From assembly GCA_958009085.1 (NCBI GenBank), contig OY253672.1, forward strand, positions 868,001 to 932,000: a DNA stretch of 64,000 nucleotides, written 5' to 3'. The DNA comes from Protoeuglena noctilucae (taxonomy: Eukaryota). The notes beneath the pieces were generated by a model. It ran no database searches. It worked only from the letters and a program-made list of their open reading frames with translations, and was not told where the DNA came from. Shown in pieces: positions 13,701 to 27,500 of the stretch; the first letter of the stretch is position 1; every line of letters begins with the position of its first letter. A program made the position numbers and the translations under genes.

Positions 13701-14816
13701 GTCCGATGCGTCCTCTAGGCACAGGATGATGTACTCCTGCTGCTCCATCTTGCCACGCACCATGGCCTCCACCTGCGGAGACGACCAGGCGCCGCTCGCC
13801 GGGCCGGCCGCGCTCCCGGCACAGACCAGCAGGGCGTCGGTACCCATGCCTCGGCCCCGCTACAGCTGCTGCCGCTTGCGGGAGTGGCAAGGCTACGACG
13901 CGGACTGCGTGAAAAGTGGATCCACACCGACCACGACTGACCTGCTTGGAGGCGTGGGCGAGGGAGGAGGACGACTTGCGCTGCGAGGGCGCGGCCGAGA
14001 TGAGGCCGGGGGTGTCGATGATGGTCAGGTTGGGGCAGTACTTGTACTCCATCTTGACGACGATCTCCTTGGCCCAGAACTGGTTGTTCTCCGCCTCCAG
14101 CCTGCGATTCTCTGCCTCGATGTACTCCTGGAGCTCCTCCAGCGTGACCTCGACGTCGCCCTGGTCGTCCGTGACGATCGAGCACTTGGGCTCGACGCAG
14201 GCCGAGTTGTAGATCATGTGCAGCGTGATGGGGCGGCGCGTCTTGGTGCCGCCACCCACGTGGTTGAACTGGAAACCCATCAGCGCCTCGACCAGCGCTG
14301 CGGACGGGCACGCAAGGGCGACATCAAGACCCTGGTAGGCCTCGCTGGGACCCAGGCAAGGCGCGCCTGCATGCAGGAGGGCACTTACCGGACTTGCCGT
14401 CGGTCTGGTGGCCGACGACGAGGATGGCTGGGGCATCGAATGGCTTCTGGAAGTCCTGGGCCAAGGCGTGCAAGTCATTGTAAGCCTCATACAGGCGCTC
14501 GTTGCCGGTGCGGAACTGGTCATCGCTGGCGTTAATCGCGGGGCTGCGACGCTGAGAGGCGTTCCGGGGCGGCTGGTGCTCCTGGCGGACACAGCGGACG
14601 GGGGCGCAGGTCGGGGGGGCGCGATGTTGCACGGGGCCGCCCCCGCAGCGGGGCGCGGGTCGAGGAAGGCGGACAGAAGCGCAGGGGAGGCCATGAGGGA
14701 TGGACAATCGAGAGCGGGGGAGAGAGCGCGGGGCGCGGCGAAGCAACAAGCGCCCACGTTTGACGACAATGGCGCCGCAGCTGGGGGCGCAAGCACGGCT
14801 CAGCGGGCTGCGTCAT
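10736..14816 (-). CDS. ARC5: Chloroplast division dynamin ARC5/DRP5B, multi-exon
   Basis: LYEAYNDLHALAQDF, VVGHQTDGKSALVEALMGFQFNHVGGGTKTRRPI, YKYCPNLTIIDTPGLI, LFGGAQYHRAMAEF and ELKFNCFFLMP. Start codon uncertain. Confidence 0.93.
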
Positions 14817-15259
14817 GCACAGGGCATATTGCTGTTATGCGCAAGAGGCACTACATGGGCATAATGGGTCTTGCAATTGCGTGGATGGGGCTGGAGGACA
14901 ACCAAAAATCGGGCAGGCACCGCGCGTCGCGACAGGGCCCAACCGCGGCCTGCCAGCCATCCATACGCGTTATTTGTAATGTAAACATGTCATCGTATGC
15001 GCGGCAACCGCACCGAACCTCGCGTCGAGTCGCCCGGGGCCCTCAAATGCGGTTGTCAGCTGCGGGGTGTCGCTGCCCCTCCCGCTCACCGGAGATCCTG
15101 CCACGCCGTCCCCCTCTTGCCCCCTCTGTCTTGAGGCCCTTGTCGACTGGGACTGCGACACCAGCCACCGCGACGCACTCGTAGCGACGCTGGCCATCTT
15201 GGCCATCCCCGACGCGAGCAGCGCGGCGGGTCCCGAGGTAGTCCAGCGATCAAGTTAAC

Positions 15260-18106
15260 GATGGTTAGAGTTCGGGTACGACGCTGATCGGCTGAGACGC
15301 GAGAGGAACGACGAGGGGCGGAGTTTGAGTGCTTTTGACCGGATTGCAGGGATTCGTCCCCTCCAAGCTACGGAAGCAGAACAAATATTCTCGTTCTTCC
15401 GTGCAGGGAGGGCGTCGCGGAGAGATGGCCTCGCATCGCGTCGGAACAAGGGCGAACTGGCAAAGGTCAAGCCCAAGTCCCAGGAGGCAAAGCTACAGCG
15501 TCCTCCCGCGTCACCTGTGGCATGCTGGGACATATGTGCATGCGAGGAGAGCTTCAGACCGTCATCTCGCCGCTGATTTGGCCCCTGCTCTCCCGAGCGT
15601 GCAACTGTCGCTGCGTCCACCTCGCGAAGGCGGCATAGGTAGTCAGCGTGTCCACCTCTGGAACGCTGTTCGCGATTGCGACTCTCGGGCTCGCGCGCGA
15701 GGATGGGGGGCCCTTGGGCGTGCGCTAACAGTGGTCGAGAGGCTGCGCGGGCAAGCCCCGGCAGCCCCAGCGCAAGCGAGGGGAGCGACGACCGCAGTGG
15801 AGTGGCGGACGTCGACAGCTCGGATCGTGAGGCCGTGTCGGAAGCTGGCCCGGCCCCGGGAGGCCCGCGCACGACCGCCAGGGGCTTCCCGCGCAAACGT
15901 GATGGGTCGCCCCGGCGCGCGCCCCCTCGCGCGGGCGGCGGGGTCATCACCGATGACTCGAGCGAGTCGGACGGAAGCACCAGCAGCGCCCCGGAGCACG
16001 CCCGGCGCGGCCGCTCGCGGCAGGCCTCGCAGGGCCTTTTCAGCAGTGGGACCGAGGACCGCGAGGACCGCCCCTGCGGCCCTGGGTCGTCCTCGGGGGC
16101 CAAGTACGTTTTAGTGACAAAGATTAAGCAGCGAGACAGCGGCACGGACGCGGACATCGTCGGCATCCTGCACCACGACGCGGAGGACGGGCGAGACCCC
16201 GCCCGCTCCGGCAGGCGCGTCCATGCGTCCATCAGAACGGCGTGCTTGGTTTGCGTCGCTTTGATTGTATCTCGAGCGAGGATTGATCGCCTTTAGGCTG
16301 TCGCAGGAACGTGAGTGAGGCACCAGGCGACCCCTCGACGGTGTGCGGGGAGGGTGCGGCCTCTGGGGCCCTCCGCAAGGTGCCCAGCCGGCAGCGGAGC
16401 AACAAGCGCGTCACGTTCGGCGGGGACGCCGCAGAGAAGGACGAGCGACAGCTGCGGCAGGTCAGCGTGAAGCGGGCCAGGAGTCCCAGGGTCTCTGACA
16501 ACGGTGCAGCGTCGGCAGGTGCATGTGGCATGGGGCAGGTGCATGTGGCCTGGTGCATGGGGCATGGTCAGGTGCATGAGACACGGTCATGGGACGCGGG
16601 TAGGTGCATCGTTAGCATGCCGTGGGCGTGGGGCAGGCGTCATGGCGCAAGTGATAGCCACGGTCTCTTGGCGCAGCATCCGCATCGCCCGCCAACACCT
16701 GACTCACTTGGCGATATCCGCGTCGCGCAGACGGGAGCAGTTGGTCGGACTGGTCCACGGGCGGCGTGGGCTCTGCCCCAGAGGAGGACGCAGGGGGCGT
16801 GCCATCCGACATCCACGTCTCCTGCGGCCTCCTCAAACGCCACGGCATCTGCTGCATCGGTGACACCAGCCGCGACGTTGTTACCGATGTGCCGCTCACT
16901 GCCGCTTTCTCTGCTGTTCGCTGCCATCTTCACGCCTTCATGCAATGGTATGGCATGCAATCGTGGTCCATGCTCCGCCTGTCATCTGGTTGCATGCACC
17001 AGCGACGGCACCTCGGCCCCTCCCGACCTCTGCGCAGATGCCTTGGAGCTCGTGGAGGTGTCGGCCGCGCAGGTGCAGCGCGTGGGCGTTCGTGTCATCG
17101 ACGCTTGCCCTGAGCTCACCACGCACGTGGAGCGGAGGCCCGCCGATGCCGTCGTCAAGCACCCACGGCTGGCGGAGCTCAGCGTGGAGGTGACGGAGGG
17201 GTCAAAGACCGGGTTGGTTTCTATGACAAAGATAAAAGTTTTGTTGGGTTTCAATCCGCCATCGCCACGCACGTGTCTTGCCACTTCCGCCCCACGCAGG
17301 GAAAGGCGAAGGAGGGACCTCTGGGCCGCTCCCGACCGCGACTGGATGCCCGGGCGGCTGGCAGTTTGCCCGTCGCGGCGGGTGACTGGAGCGGGTGCGC
17401 GCAGGAGTCATCTAGCCCCCGTGACGGTCGCATTCACTCCGGGGCACGAGATGCGGCGGAGGGCGGGGCGGAGGTGCCGGGAGTGCCTACGAAGGGCGAC
17501 GGGGCACATCCCGCGGCGGGGGTGACGAGGGGGGACTGGTCGCATGGTGCGGGTCTTGCAGGGAAGGGCGACGAGTTGGGCGGTGCAGGAGGGGTCTGCG
17601 AGGGGCGGGGAGAGGTTGGGGACGGTGCGGGTGTTGCGGCGGGCGTGGATCTTGGCGGAGATCGGTACTTTGTGGTGGCGCGACTGGCGACGAGCACAGT
17701 GGGACCTTTCATGTGAGTGGAGGGGTGGGGTGGGGTGCCAACGTGGATTGCGGACTGGAGTTGATGGTTCATGGATGCATGGTTTGCTGCAGCCAGGCGC
17801 ATGTGGGTGGGTGTCTCACAAGTGCGGGGATGTGGGATGCATACATCCCCGCGGCAGGGAAGGCGGATGTCGTGCTGGTCACGTGTGTGCCTGCACATGA
17901 AAGCCGTCGCGTGGCGTGCGTGCAGGTACACGTTGGCGGTGACTATTCCCGGGGACCCGGAGGACCCCGGCCCAGGCACGACGATTCGGGTCCACTTGGC
18001 GGGGTCAGTGATGGGGGAGGGCAAAGGCACGCCACAGCTGCGGGGCAACGTGCGGCTGGTGGGGCACAGCCAGCAGTGCGACTCTGATTCCACGATGGTC
18101 GAGTGA
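15260..18106 (+). CDS. Hypothetical low-complexity multi-exon protein
   Basis: Coding-like segments bounded by splice sites (KYVLVTKIKQRDSG; KRVTFGG; LELVEVSAAQVQRVGVRVID; YTLAVTIPGD..VE*). No family recognised and the start is uncertain. Confidence 0.4.
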
Positions 18107-18529
18107 ACCACGGTCGATGGAGTCATGGATGATTGAGTCATGGCAGAGTGAACCATGGTCAATGGAGCGACGATAGGATCGATATGGCGGACTGACCATT
18201 GGCCGAGTGACGGCGAGCATTGTCGACGATGCGTTTGCGACGTTCAAACGGCTGCGCCGGCGTTTCAAGCCCATCAATGGCATTCATTTTAGGTGCTAAA
18301 AGCGGCGTCCAGACAGTGGACGGTGCGCAAGGCGGCAAAGCCCGCAGTTGCTGAGTCAATCCCATGCATCCGTGCAAATACTATGTGACTTACAAGCACT
18401 AGCTCGAAGCTTGAGGGGTGGAAGCAATCCAGGGCACAGGGACGGAAATGGAATGCAAATGCTAGCAGCAAGGCATCTTGCTGAGCGATTTATATTATAA
18501 AAATTCCGCCAAACGTGTCATCGGGTGCG

Positions 18530-21500
18530 TCACTTCTCGATTGCCACCAAGCGCTCCCACACCCGCCTCACAGCCTCCATGTGCCAGCCAGAGTCGAGCA
18601 GCACAGCGCCCAAGAGAGCCTCCACCACGTCTGCCAGAGCCTTGGGCGCCCCAGGCACACTCGGGGGCACCTCAAACGGCACCCCCTCGCCAGCCTCACC
18701 GCCCCTGCCCGCCCCTGCCCCACCCTTGACTGCGCGCGCACTGCCCTTGCATGTCCCTCCACCACCCTTGCCTGCGCCCGCACCACCTGCACCCACGTCC
18801 CCCCCGCTGCCTTCCTTGGCCCCTTGGCTGACCTCCTTTTCTCCCCCTCGCTCGTCACCCCCTGCCCCACTTGCCCCACTCGCACCAGCCCCGTCATTGC
18901 CCACCGATGCGACCGCATCCTCTGCAGAGCCCGACCCTGTGCCGCCTGCCCCGTTCCGCTTCTCTCGCAGCTGCGCCCTCAGGTCCTCCACTTGCACGAT
19001 GCAGTCTCCGATGGCGGCCACCAGAGGGGGGCTGGCGTGGATGAGGTGGCGGTGCAGCCCCGCGACCACGGCGCGGTACGCGAGGTGGTTGTTGTTGACC
19101 TGTGGGACGAGACGCACTTTTCATGTCAAATCGAATGCTTGATCGGCAACTGGTGCACCCAGAAGCAGGTTCTAGTTGCAGCTGCGCTCACCCATGCCAT
19201 GCGCCCCTCCGTCAGCACGCCCTCCCTGGCGTCGGGCATGTCGTCGAGGAGCTTTAAGGTGACGACCCAGTCAAGGGCAGCGTCGCCCTGCGATCGCAGC
19301 AAAGGCTCTTGCTTTGCTCACTCACTGTGGCGCACACCCCAGTGTACACAGCAGCACCCACACAGCAACACCCCCACACCAATGCCCAGCACAGTCCCAG
19401 CAACAGCAAAGTACAGACAGCCCGCAGCACATCCCTTCCACTCCTCACCAGGAACTCCAGTCGCTGGTTGCTGGCCAGCATGGGGTGCGAGCAGTGGGTA
19501 AAGGCGCGGAGGGCGAGGCTGGGGTCCTGGAATCGATACCCAAACCTCTCGCATACCCACTCCACCAGGTCCGCAGCCACCTTGTCCCGCACGGCACTCG
19601 CCGCCATCGCATCGAACTCCGCCTGGTGCTTGAGGACCTCGGGGAAGCCCGGTGGGAACACCAAGCCGCCCTCACCACCCTCGATGCCCTCACTGCCATC
19701 TTCGCCCCCCCCACCCTCCCCGCTCTCACCAACCCCGCCACCCTCGCCACCCTCGCCACCCCGTTGACCCTCGCTCGCCCCCGCCGGCGGCGCGTCCCGC
19801 CGGGTCTCTGCGCCAGCCTCGCCCTGCGCTTCCCACCCCCGTACCAGCGCCACCAGCGTCGCCGTCTCTCCCTCCCGCCCCACCGGCGTCGCACCGTTCT
19901 CCCGCTCCCCCTCAGCCCCAGCCCCCGAGGAGCCGTCTGCCCGCACCTGATCCGCACCTGCCGGCCCCTGCTGTGACGCCCTCTCGAGCGACCACAGGAG
20001 GTGGCGCAGCTGGCCCCCCGCCTCGTTCCCCGCCCCAATCACCTCTCCATCCACCTGTCCACCCACCGCCCCACCCACCGCCGCCGCCGGAGTCTCGCCC
20101 CGTAGAGTCGCCTCGCCCCGGACGAGCGGAGAGGCGAGGACGTCCGCGGCCACCAGGAACGCGAACGCCGCCAGGAGGCCTCCCTGGGTGTAGAACGCCC
20201 CCAGCACCGCCTCAAAGGTGTCCGCGAGCGACTTCAGACGGACCTGGGTGTGCAGGCGCGCCACGCCCGTCTCGGTCGGGTAAAACAACTCCTCCAATTC
20301 CCCAGACCCCACCTCCGGTGGCCCCGGCTCTGGTGCTTTCTCCGCACCCACGCGGGCCCGCTTGGCCGCACCCTCTGCCTCGGGCTGGCCGTCGGAGGCC
20401 GCGCAAGGAGGGTTGCCCTCAGCAGGGCCGCACGGGGCCGGGGTGATGTGGTCTGCCCCGCGTTTCTCGCCACAGCGGGGGCCCTCCGAAGCCCCAGCGG
20501 GCTCCACCCCACCCTCACCGCCCTCACCGCCCTCGCCGCCCATCTCCACATCGACAGCCACGGGAGCGGCATCGCTCGCCTGGGGGCGCAGCTTGCGGCG
20601 CGCAGAGGATGGCTCGGCAGCGCTTGTCTCCTCAGTGCAGGCCTTGGCGCCACCACCACCACCGCCACTGCCAGCGTCGCCGCCACCGCCACCGCCACCA
20701 CCAGCGCCGGCAGCGCTCGTCTTACCCTCGCCGGCGCTGGTGCTAGGGCCGACATCAACGCTGGCAGTACCACCAGCAGCATCAGCAGTGCCCCCGGCAA
20801 AGGCGTCGGCCTTTGCTGGGCCCGGGCCCATCCCTGGCCCTCGCCACGCGTAGCTGTTGTCGTGCTTGAGGGGCTTGACCCACATGAAGTCCTCCAGGCC
20901 CAGGTCCCGGCACCGCCCGGCCAGTGCGTCGTTGCTCACGATGCCGCTCTGCGAGAGACACCGGGAAGTGTGCTGTGAAGCGAGCACGCCAGAAAGCCCG
21001 CATGATGCCCTAGCAGTGCAGTGGTGGGATCAGATGGGCAATCCCCACCACTATAATGCATGAAGCACCGAGCAGACACCCCACGCCACCACAATCCCGG
21101 TCCCGCATTCGCCCCCCATGCAGCGCCCCGCCCCTCTCCTTGGCAGCCGAGAGGATGGCCTCAGACTTGTTCGGCAGGGTGCAGTAGAGCATGCAGGAGA
21201 TCACGAGCTTCAGCAAAGCATCGCCGAGGAACTCCAGGCGCTCCTGGCTGACGTGGGTGTTGGCGTGGCTGAGCGTCAACGCCTCGCGCATCAACGCAGG
21301 GCTGGGCACGACGCCCCCGGGCCGCAGCACCGAGGCGGCGTCCCTGGCGGCGCCGCCGCGAACGAGGAGGTCCGCGAGGGCCCGGCGCGCCTCGCAGGCA
21401 AGGAGGAGGCCCTCGGTGTTGAAGAGCGCACTTGGCAGCGTGCGTGGGAACGAAGGCACGTCCCCCGAGCACAGATCGTCCATCAGCGCAGCGGGCGTCT

Positions 21501-24500
21501 CCATGCCCATCCCGTGCACGCCCCCGCCCCCTCGCGACCGCTGCTGGTTGGCTGGCGGCTGCAGGAGGCTCCGACCGCACTCGCGCACCAGCACCAACGG
21601 GACCCTCGCCGCTTCCTCTGCCGTCAGCTCGTCCAGCTCGCCCGCGCCGTCCTCGAATTTGGAGCGGAAATTATCGAGGAACGTCGGCGGCGGCTCGTCT
21701 GCTGCCTCCCCACCCTCCCCACCCTCTGGCTCAGGGCCGCCAGTGGCCCCCCTCTCTCTGTCGCTCTCGCTGTCACTCTCACCCTCACTGCCCCCTTTCC
21801 TCCGCCTCCTCCCGCGCTTGTGACTCGCTTTCTTGCCGCTCGGATCGTCCCCCGAACTCCCGTCCTTCTCTGCACCCTCCATGGCCTCAGCCACACTGGC
21901 CACGCCGGCGTCACCACCACCTGCCTCCCCAGCCCCTGCCTTGCCAGCACCTGCCTTGCCAGCCCCTGCCTCGCCACCACCTGCCTTGCCGGCAGCCCCC
22001 TCAGCGCCCCCCTCACCGCCCAGCACCGCCTTGGCTTCACCCGCCTTCCCCCGTCCCTTCTTCCTGTCTTCCCCAGCCTCAGCCTTGGCCTTCACCTTCC
22101 ACGTCACATGCGACGCGAGCGTGTGCTGTGAAAGCCCCAGAACTACCGCGATCTTGGCCGGCATGAAGGACACGTAAGCGACGCGGCCCACCAGCGCCTG
22201 AGGTGCGGTTGGGGAGCCCCGCAGCCGCCCGCAGCGGAGGGGCGCCGTGACGACCTCCGCGCCGTCCCGGTGGCTCAGGGCGTGCGCCCGCAGCCGCAGC
22301 GCCCCGGCCGCGAGCTCCGCCGCGCGCGGCCAGTCCGCCGCAGTGTCGAGGGTCAGGGCCGGCGCCGGGCTGCCCGCCGCACGGGCTTGTGTGCCGTCCG
22401 ACCCCACCGCCCACGCCTTCGGGCGCAGCGGGCACAGGCAGTACCACTTGCGCCCCGCGTGGAATAACCGACTCAGGGCTGCAGTGCGTTCCGCGCTCAG
22501 GGGCTCCCCCCCCACCCGCCCCCAATCCTGCCTATCCCCAAACGCCAGCGTTGCCACCCGCTCTGCGTACTCCCGGTTGCGTGCGCCGTCCCTCTCCTGC
22601 CCCGGGGCGCCCAGCGGCGTGAGCAACGCCGCGTGCATGCCCATGCAGGCCGCCAGGCGGGGGTCCCCCGGCGCCAAGGGCCCCGATGTGACGTACTCCA
22701 CACGCACTGCCTCCCGATTGACGTGGAGGAGCGGGACATCGAGGCCGAGCGCCTCCAGGTCCTCGGGAGGCAGGCGTACGGGTAAGAGGAGCCCGGTGGA
22801 CAGCACCGTGCGCCGGTCGATGCCCAGTTGCAGCCGCAGGGCCTCGGTTAGCCTCGCTGAGCCCGGGGCGCCCTTTGCAAAGGGGTCGTCTGCCTGCACC
22901 GGGGCCAGCCGGTACAGGTGCACCTCCCTCGGCAGCTCTGCAGCTACGCCGTCGACCGCCGGGAGCGAACCCTTGGCGACACATGCACCGTCAGCTGCAC
23001 CCGTACCGTCCGCCACGCACTGGCTCCCATCCACCGGGGCAGGGACTCCAGGTATCTGCAGCTGCGGCGCACACGCGTTTTCTTCTGGCCCTATGGGTCG
23101 CAGCACCACACACTCGGGACCGGCGCGGGACACGACCGTGCCAATGATGGGCTTGCCGTCCTTAGTGGCGACGACCACGGGCTTCGGTGCGCGGTAGGAA
23201 GGGATCAGGGCCTGGGGCGAGAGGCTCTTGAGGGAGAGGCCGCCCGTGGCCACGGGGAGGAGCGATTCGTTGAGCTCGCCGGCGTTGTAGAGAGTCTCAA
23301 TGATCTGAAGGACTGCGGGGGTGAAACAGTGTCAGGTGAGGATCTGGCTACAAAAGGGAGGTGCGGATGACATGAGGATGTGGCTGGTACTGCTGGCAGT
23401 GACCAACAAGGCTAAGCTTATCAACAAGGCGAAATGCAACCTCACCGATTGCTGCCTTGGCCTTCCGTTTCGATCGGGTCACGACGGGGCCCTTGACGCA
23501 TCGCGCGAGGGGGTGTGTGCCTGGCGGCATGAGGCAGCTGACGCGCCAGCTCGGCACGTCCTTGTCGCTCTGCCTGACGGCTGCCGGGTCCGTCACGGCC
23601 TCCCCCGTGTCTTTGTCGATCATCTCAATGGCCACGACGGGACGCGGCGAGTGGTGGCTGCGGTAGGGGGCGCGGGGCGCAGGGTCAGATGGTGGGGCGG
23701 ACTCCGGCAGGGCAAGCGGGCACAACGTGGGGTGAGGAAAGCAGGATGGGGCAAACGAGGCGCGTTGCAACACAAAGTGGGGCGAGGGCACAGTCTTGCC
23801 AACTCGCCCACCTCCCCTCCGCACCCCATCACGACCCCCATCGCGCACCTGTCCCGCGGCAGGCTCTCGCAGTACATCCTCAGCCGCATGCCGGCGTCCA
23901 AAGCATCCACCAGACACCCGGTGCGACTGACGAACACCAGCTCCCTCCCATCCACTCCCCTCTCCTCGTCTCCCTCGCTGGTCTCGCTGTCCAACCCCTC
24001 TAAGGGATCCTGCAGCTCCAGCAGCCCCGCCCCGGCACCCAACAGCTCCCTGGCGACCTCCATCATGTCTTCCTCGCTGGTCTGGTAGCCCTGTAGCAGC
24101 TCCCGGAGCTCCGCCCCGGCCGGGCCGGCGGGGACCATCAGCAGCATCTCGCTGTCCCGGGCGCGGGCGCGGCCACGGCGCTGCGGGGAGCGAGGGTGAG
24201 GGTGGGGGTGAGGGTGAGGGTGAGGGTGAGGGTGGGTTTGAGGGTGAAATTAAGATGGAAGGCAAGGTGTGCAGTAACGCATTTGTACGGAAGCATGGCG
24301 AAATGGGATGCATGGGCCTTGTTGTCACCTGCAGGTAGCTTTTGGGCTGCTGCGGGGGGCAGAAGTTGATGACCACGGCGCAGGCGCGGATGTCCAGGCC
24401 CTCCTCTGCCACAGAGGTCGCCACGAGGTGCTTGAGGCGGCCGCTCCAAAAGTCCCGCAAGACCTGCTCCTGCACTTAGCGGGACGAGCGCGTGCCGTGG

Positions 24501-27500
24501 GACACACGCATGCCACCGTGCGGCGCTTCAGAAACACCTCGCCATGCACGCCGGCCGCCAGCTGCAAGCCATCCACTCCCCGCATCGCACAGCCATCCAG
24601 CAGTGCACATACACCGCCAATCATGCAGCACCGCAAAGCAGTGGCAGTGCACAGCCACCGACAGTCATGCACCCGTCGCGTCCCACCACCCCGGCTGCGC
24701 TTCCCCACCTGCTCGACTGCGGTCATCGTGGTGACCTTGTTCTGGGGCAGGCTGAACAGGCGGCCCGTGGGGAGGAAGTCCAGGGAGGGGCAGAGGGAGA
24801 GCAGCCGAGCGAGGGACACGGCCAGAAGTCTGAGCGATACAAACGTGATGCCGGCCCACGAGTTGACACCCAACTCGGAACCCTCGATCCGGGGCTTGTA
24901 GGCCAGCAGCTCGGCGATCAGACTCGCCACCTGCGAGGACGCGGCCGGGAGACTCTCAAACTGCAGTCCAGTGCCGGCTCACTAAGCGCCAGCTGATGAT
25001 AAACCATGCGACCGTGTAACAAGTGCCACCCCAGCCCCCCGCTTGCCTTGCTGGTGACGAGCTCCTTTAACGCATCCTCGCGCGCCACCGCGGCCCGGTC
25101 GAACATCCCCTGCTCCCGCGCAACCTCAATGACCCTGGCCAGGGCCGCGCTCAACGCCATGCGCGCGCGGTTGATCGACCGGACCTCCGTTCGCTCGCCG
25201 TCCGCGGCGTTGGGCTCCGGCCCGGGCTTGCCCTCGCCCGGGATGGGCCTGTCGACGGTCCGTGCCAGGTTCCAAATGTCCCTGGGGTTGACCGCGCCGC
25301 GCTGGAGCGTCGCTGCGAGGCGGGCGAGTGCCGGTGTGGTGTCGGAGCCCGAGAGGGCGGTGAGGTGGGTGAGGAAGTCGGGCGGGAAGTGCGCCAGGAT
25401 CGCCAGGGCCATGAGGACGAGGCTGGTGCGGACGAGACGGTGGGACGGGACGGCCAGGTGGCGTAGGGGGATGGGGAAGGTCTTGAGGAGCGCGCAGTGG
25501 CTGCCGACCACACGGGAGAGGTCGAGGATGACTGCGGGGGAGAGTGGGTGGGTGCTGTGAGTATACAAGTCTGTCTGGGGGCTGCAGTTGCGACGGCGGC
25601 CTGCGACCATGTGATGACTGGGTGCGAGAGGGAGAGACGCGCTGCAAAGGGCTTGCGTGGTGTACAAAGCACCAGGCTTGCAGCGCATGCCTGTCTGTTG
25701 GACGCACGCGTGGCTCACCCCCGCTGCCCTTGAGCCCCGCGAAATTGGACGACAGCAGAGCGTTGGCCTCCGTCATGCCAATCCCGTCTCTGTCAGATAT
25801 CAGGTCGTCAAGCATGGACCGGTCCGCGGTGCCCTCCATCACCTCGTGCATCGCCAGGAGGGCTGGGAGGGGGCCTGCGTGGAGGCTCCACCGAGCGATG
25901 ATGTGGCGGGCAAACGGCGACACTCCACTCACACCCTCTCAGCACAAGCCTCAGAACGCACGCCGTGCCGGTGGCCAGTGCGCATGGGTATTACCGATGC
26001 ACCACCAACGCACCAGTGGGTTCACCAGCACTCCGCCGATGCCTGCGCGCATCGCAGCGGCACGCGCTCACCCGCCTGCTTTAACACCTCGTGCACCTGC
26101 CGCAGCGCCTCCTCGAAAAGCGCCACCGGCGCCGTCGGGGGCTCCAAACTCTCCGCGCTGGGCAGGCCGAGGTGCTCCGGGGGCGCCGCCTCGAGCCCCG
26201 TCACATCGGCAGCGTCGAGCGTGGCATGGGTATCAATGGCCCTCTCCAAGAAGGACTCCAGGCCCTCCCTGCACGCCGCCGTGTACCGCGCGACGGCGTG
26301 CAGGGCCCCCGCCCACCGGCAGAGGCCGAAGGAGAGGGCTGCGAGGTGCCTCCGGACCACCGTGAGCTTCAGAGAGGGCGAGGCGGCCCCTTGGCCCACG
26401 GGGACGCAGCCCATCGCCTTGACCAGCGGCCCCGCGAGTCCCTGCGAAAGGCCAGGAGACGAAGAAGACTCATGGCACGGCACGGTGCAAAGGGCGCGGG
26501 TGTCCTTTGGCTTCTGGGATCTGTAGAGGCGGCACGCGTGCCCGGCGCGGGTTCCAAGCACCGCGAACCACGTGCCTCGAGCTCATTCGTCCAGGAGAGG
26601 ATGGCGCCGCCATCGTAGTTGACGATGCCTGGGGTGGCCATGTGGCTGTGCGCATGCAGGGAGTCGGTGGCGCGGTAGACGGTCGTCAGAGTGCAGCCCA
26701 TCACGGCCTGGAGCTGCAGGAGCGTCTTGTGGCCCTGGGCGGCCGAGCGTGCGGCTTTCTGCGGAGCACAGCGCAGAGGCAGGCGGTGTCCCTCGCGTGC
26801 AGAGAGGCGCGTGCTGCCCTCCGCCCAGGTCGCAAGGGCCGGTGCTCACCATGCCGGGGGACGCCGTCATGCCGAAAATGCGCTTGACGCCCTTCCTGCG
26901 GGCCGCCTCGCACAGCCGCGCGGATGGGTCGTTGCCCATGCAGTGATGCGCCTCGTCGACGATGAGCAGCAGCACGTCCTCCCCGCGAATGAAGTTGGAA
27001 TCGAGCGCGTTCAGCGCCACCTGAGGCGTCATGAACACCGCACCGTGCTGCCTCAGGACCTTGTCCCACTCCTGGGGCGACCAGCGGTCTGCGGGTGCGG
27101 CGGGCGTGGGTTGTTATTCAAGTACAAGGGGGCCACGCGCGACGAGTCCGCAGACCGCCGCGGCCTCACCGATGTGCAGCCCCTCGTGGTTGTCGTTCAG
27201 CCCCAGGCTGGAGGCATAGGACTCCCCGGTCAGGGCCAGCACGGGGACGGGGCACTGCCTCCGCGCGTATAAGGCTTGCTGTCTCACGAGGAACTTGGTA
27301 GGGGCTGCGGGGGGTGACGACGCGGCGAATGAGGCAGCGGCGCCGGCGGGATCGGGCAGAAAGCGCGCTTCGGGACTTGCTCAGGACTTACCGGTGAACA
27401 ACACGACCTGGCGCGGGTCCCGGGCGCTGTGTAGGGCGTCCCGCATGAGCATGAAGGAGATGCACGTCTTCCCGCTGCCTGCATCGTGGGCGCGGGGGGC

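Noticed and set aside
17434..18162. 242-aa minus-strand ORF as a Dicer C-terminal extension
   Set aside because: Dicer has a stop at 18530, and this ORF is the antisense of the + strand hypothetical gene.
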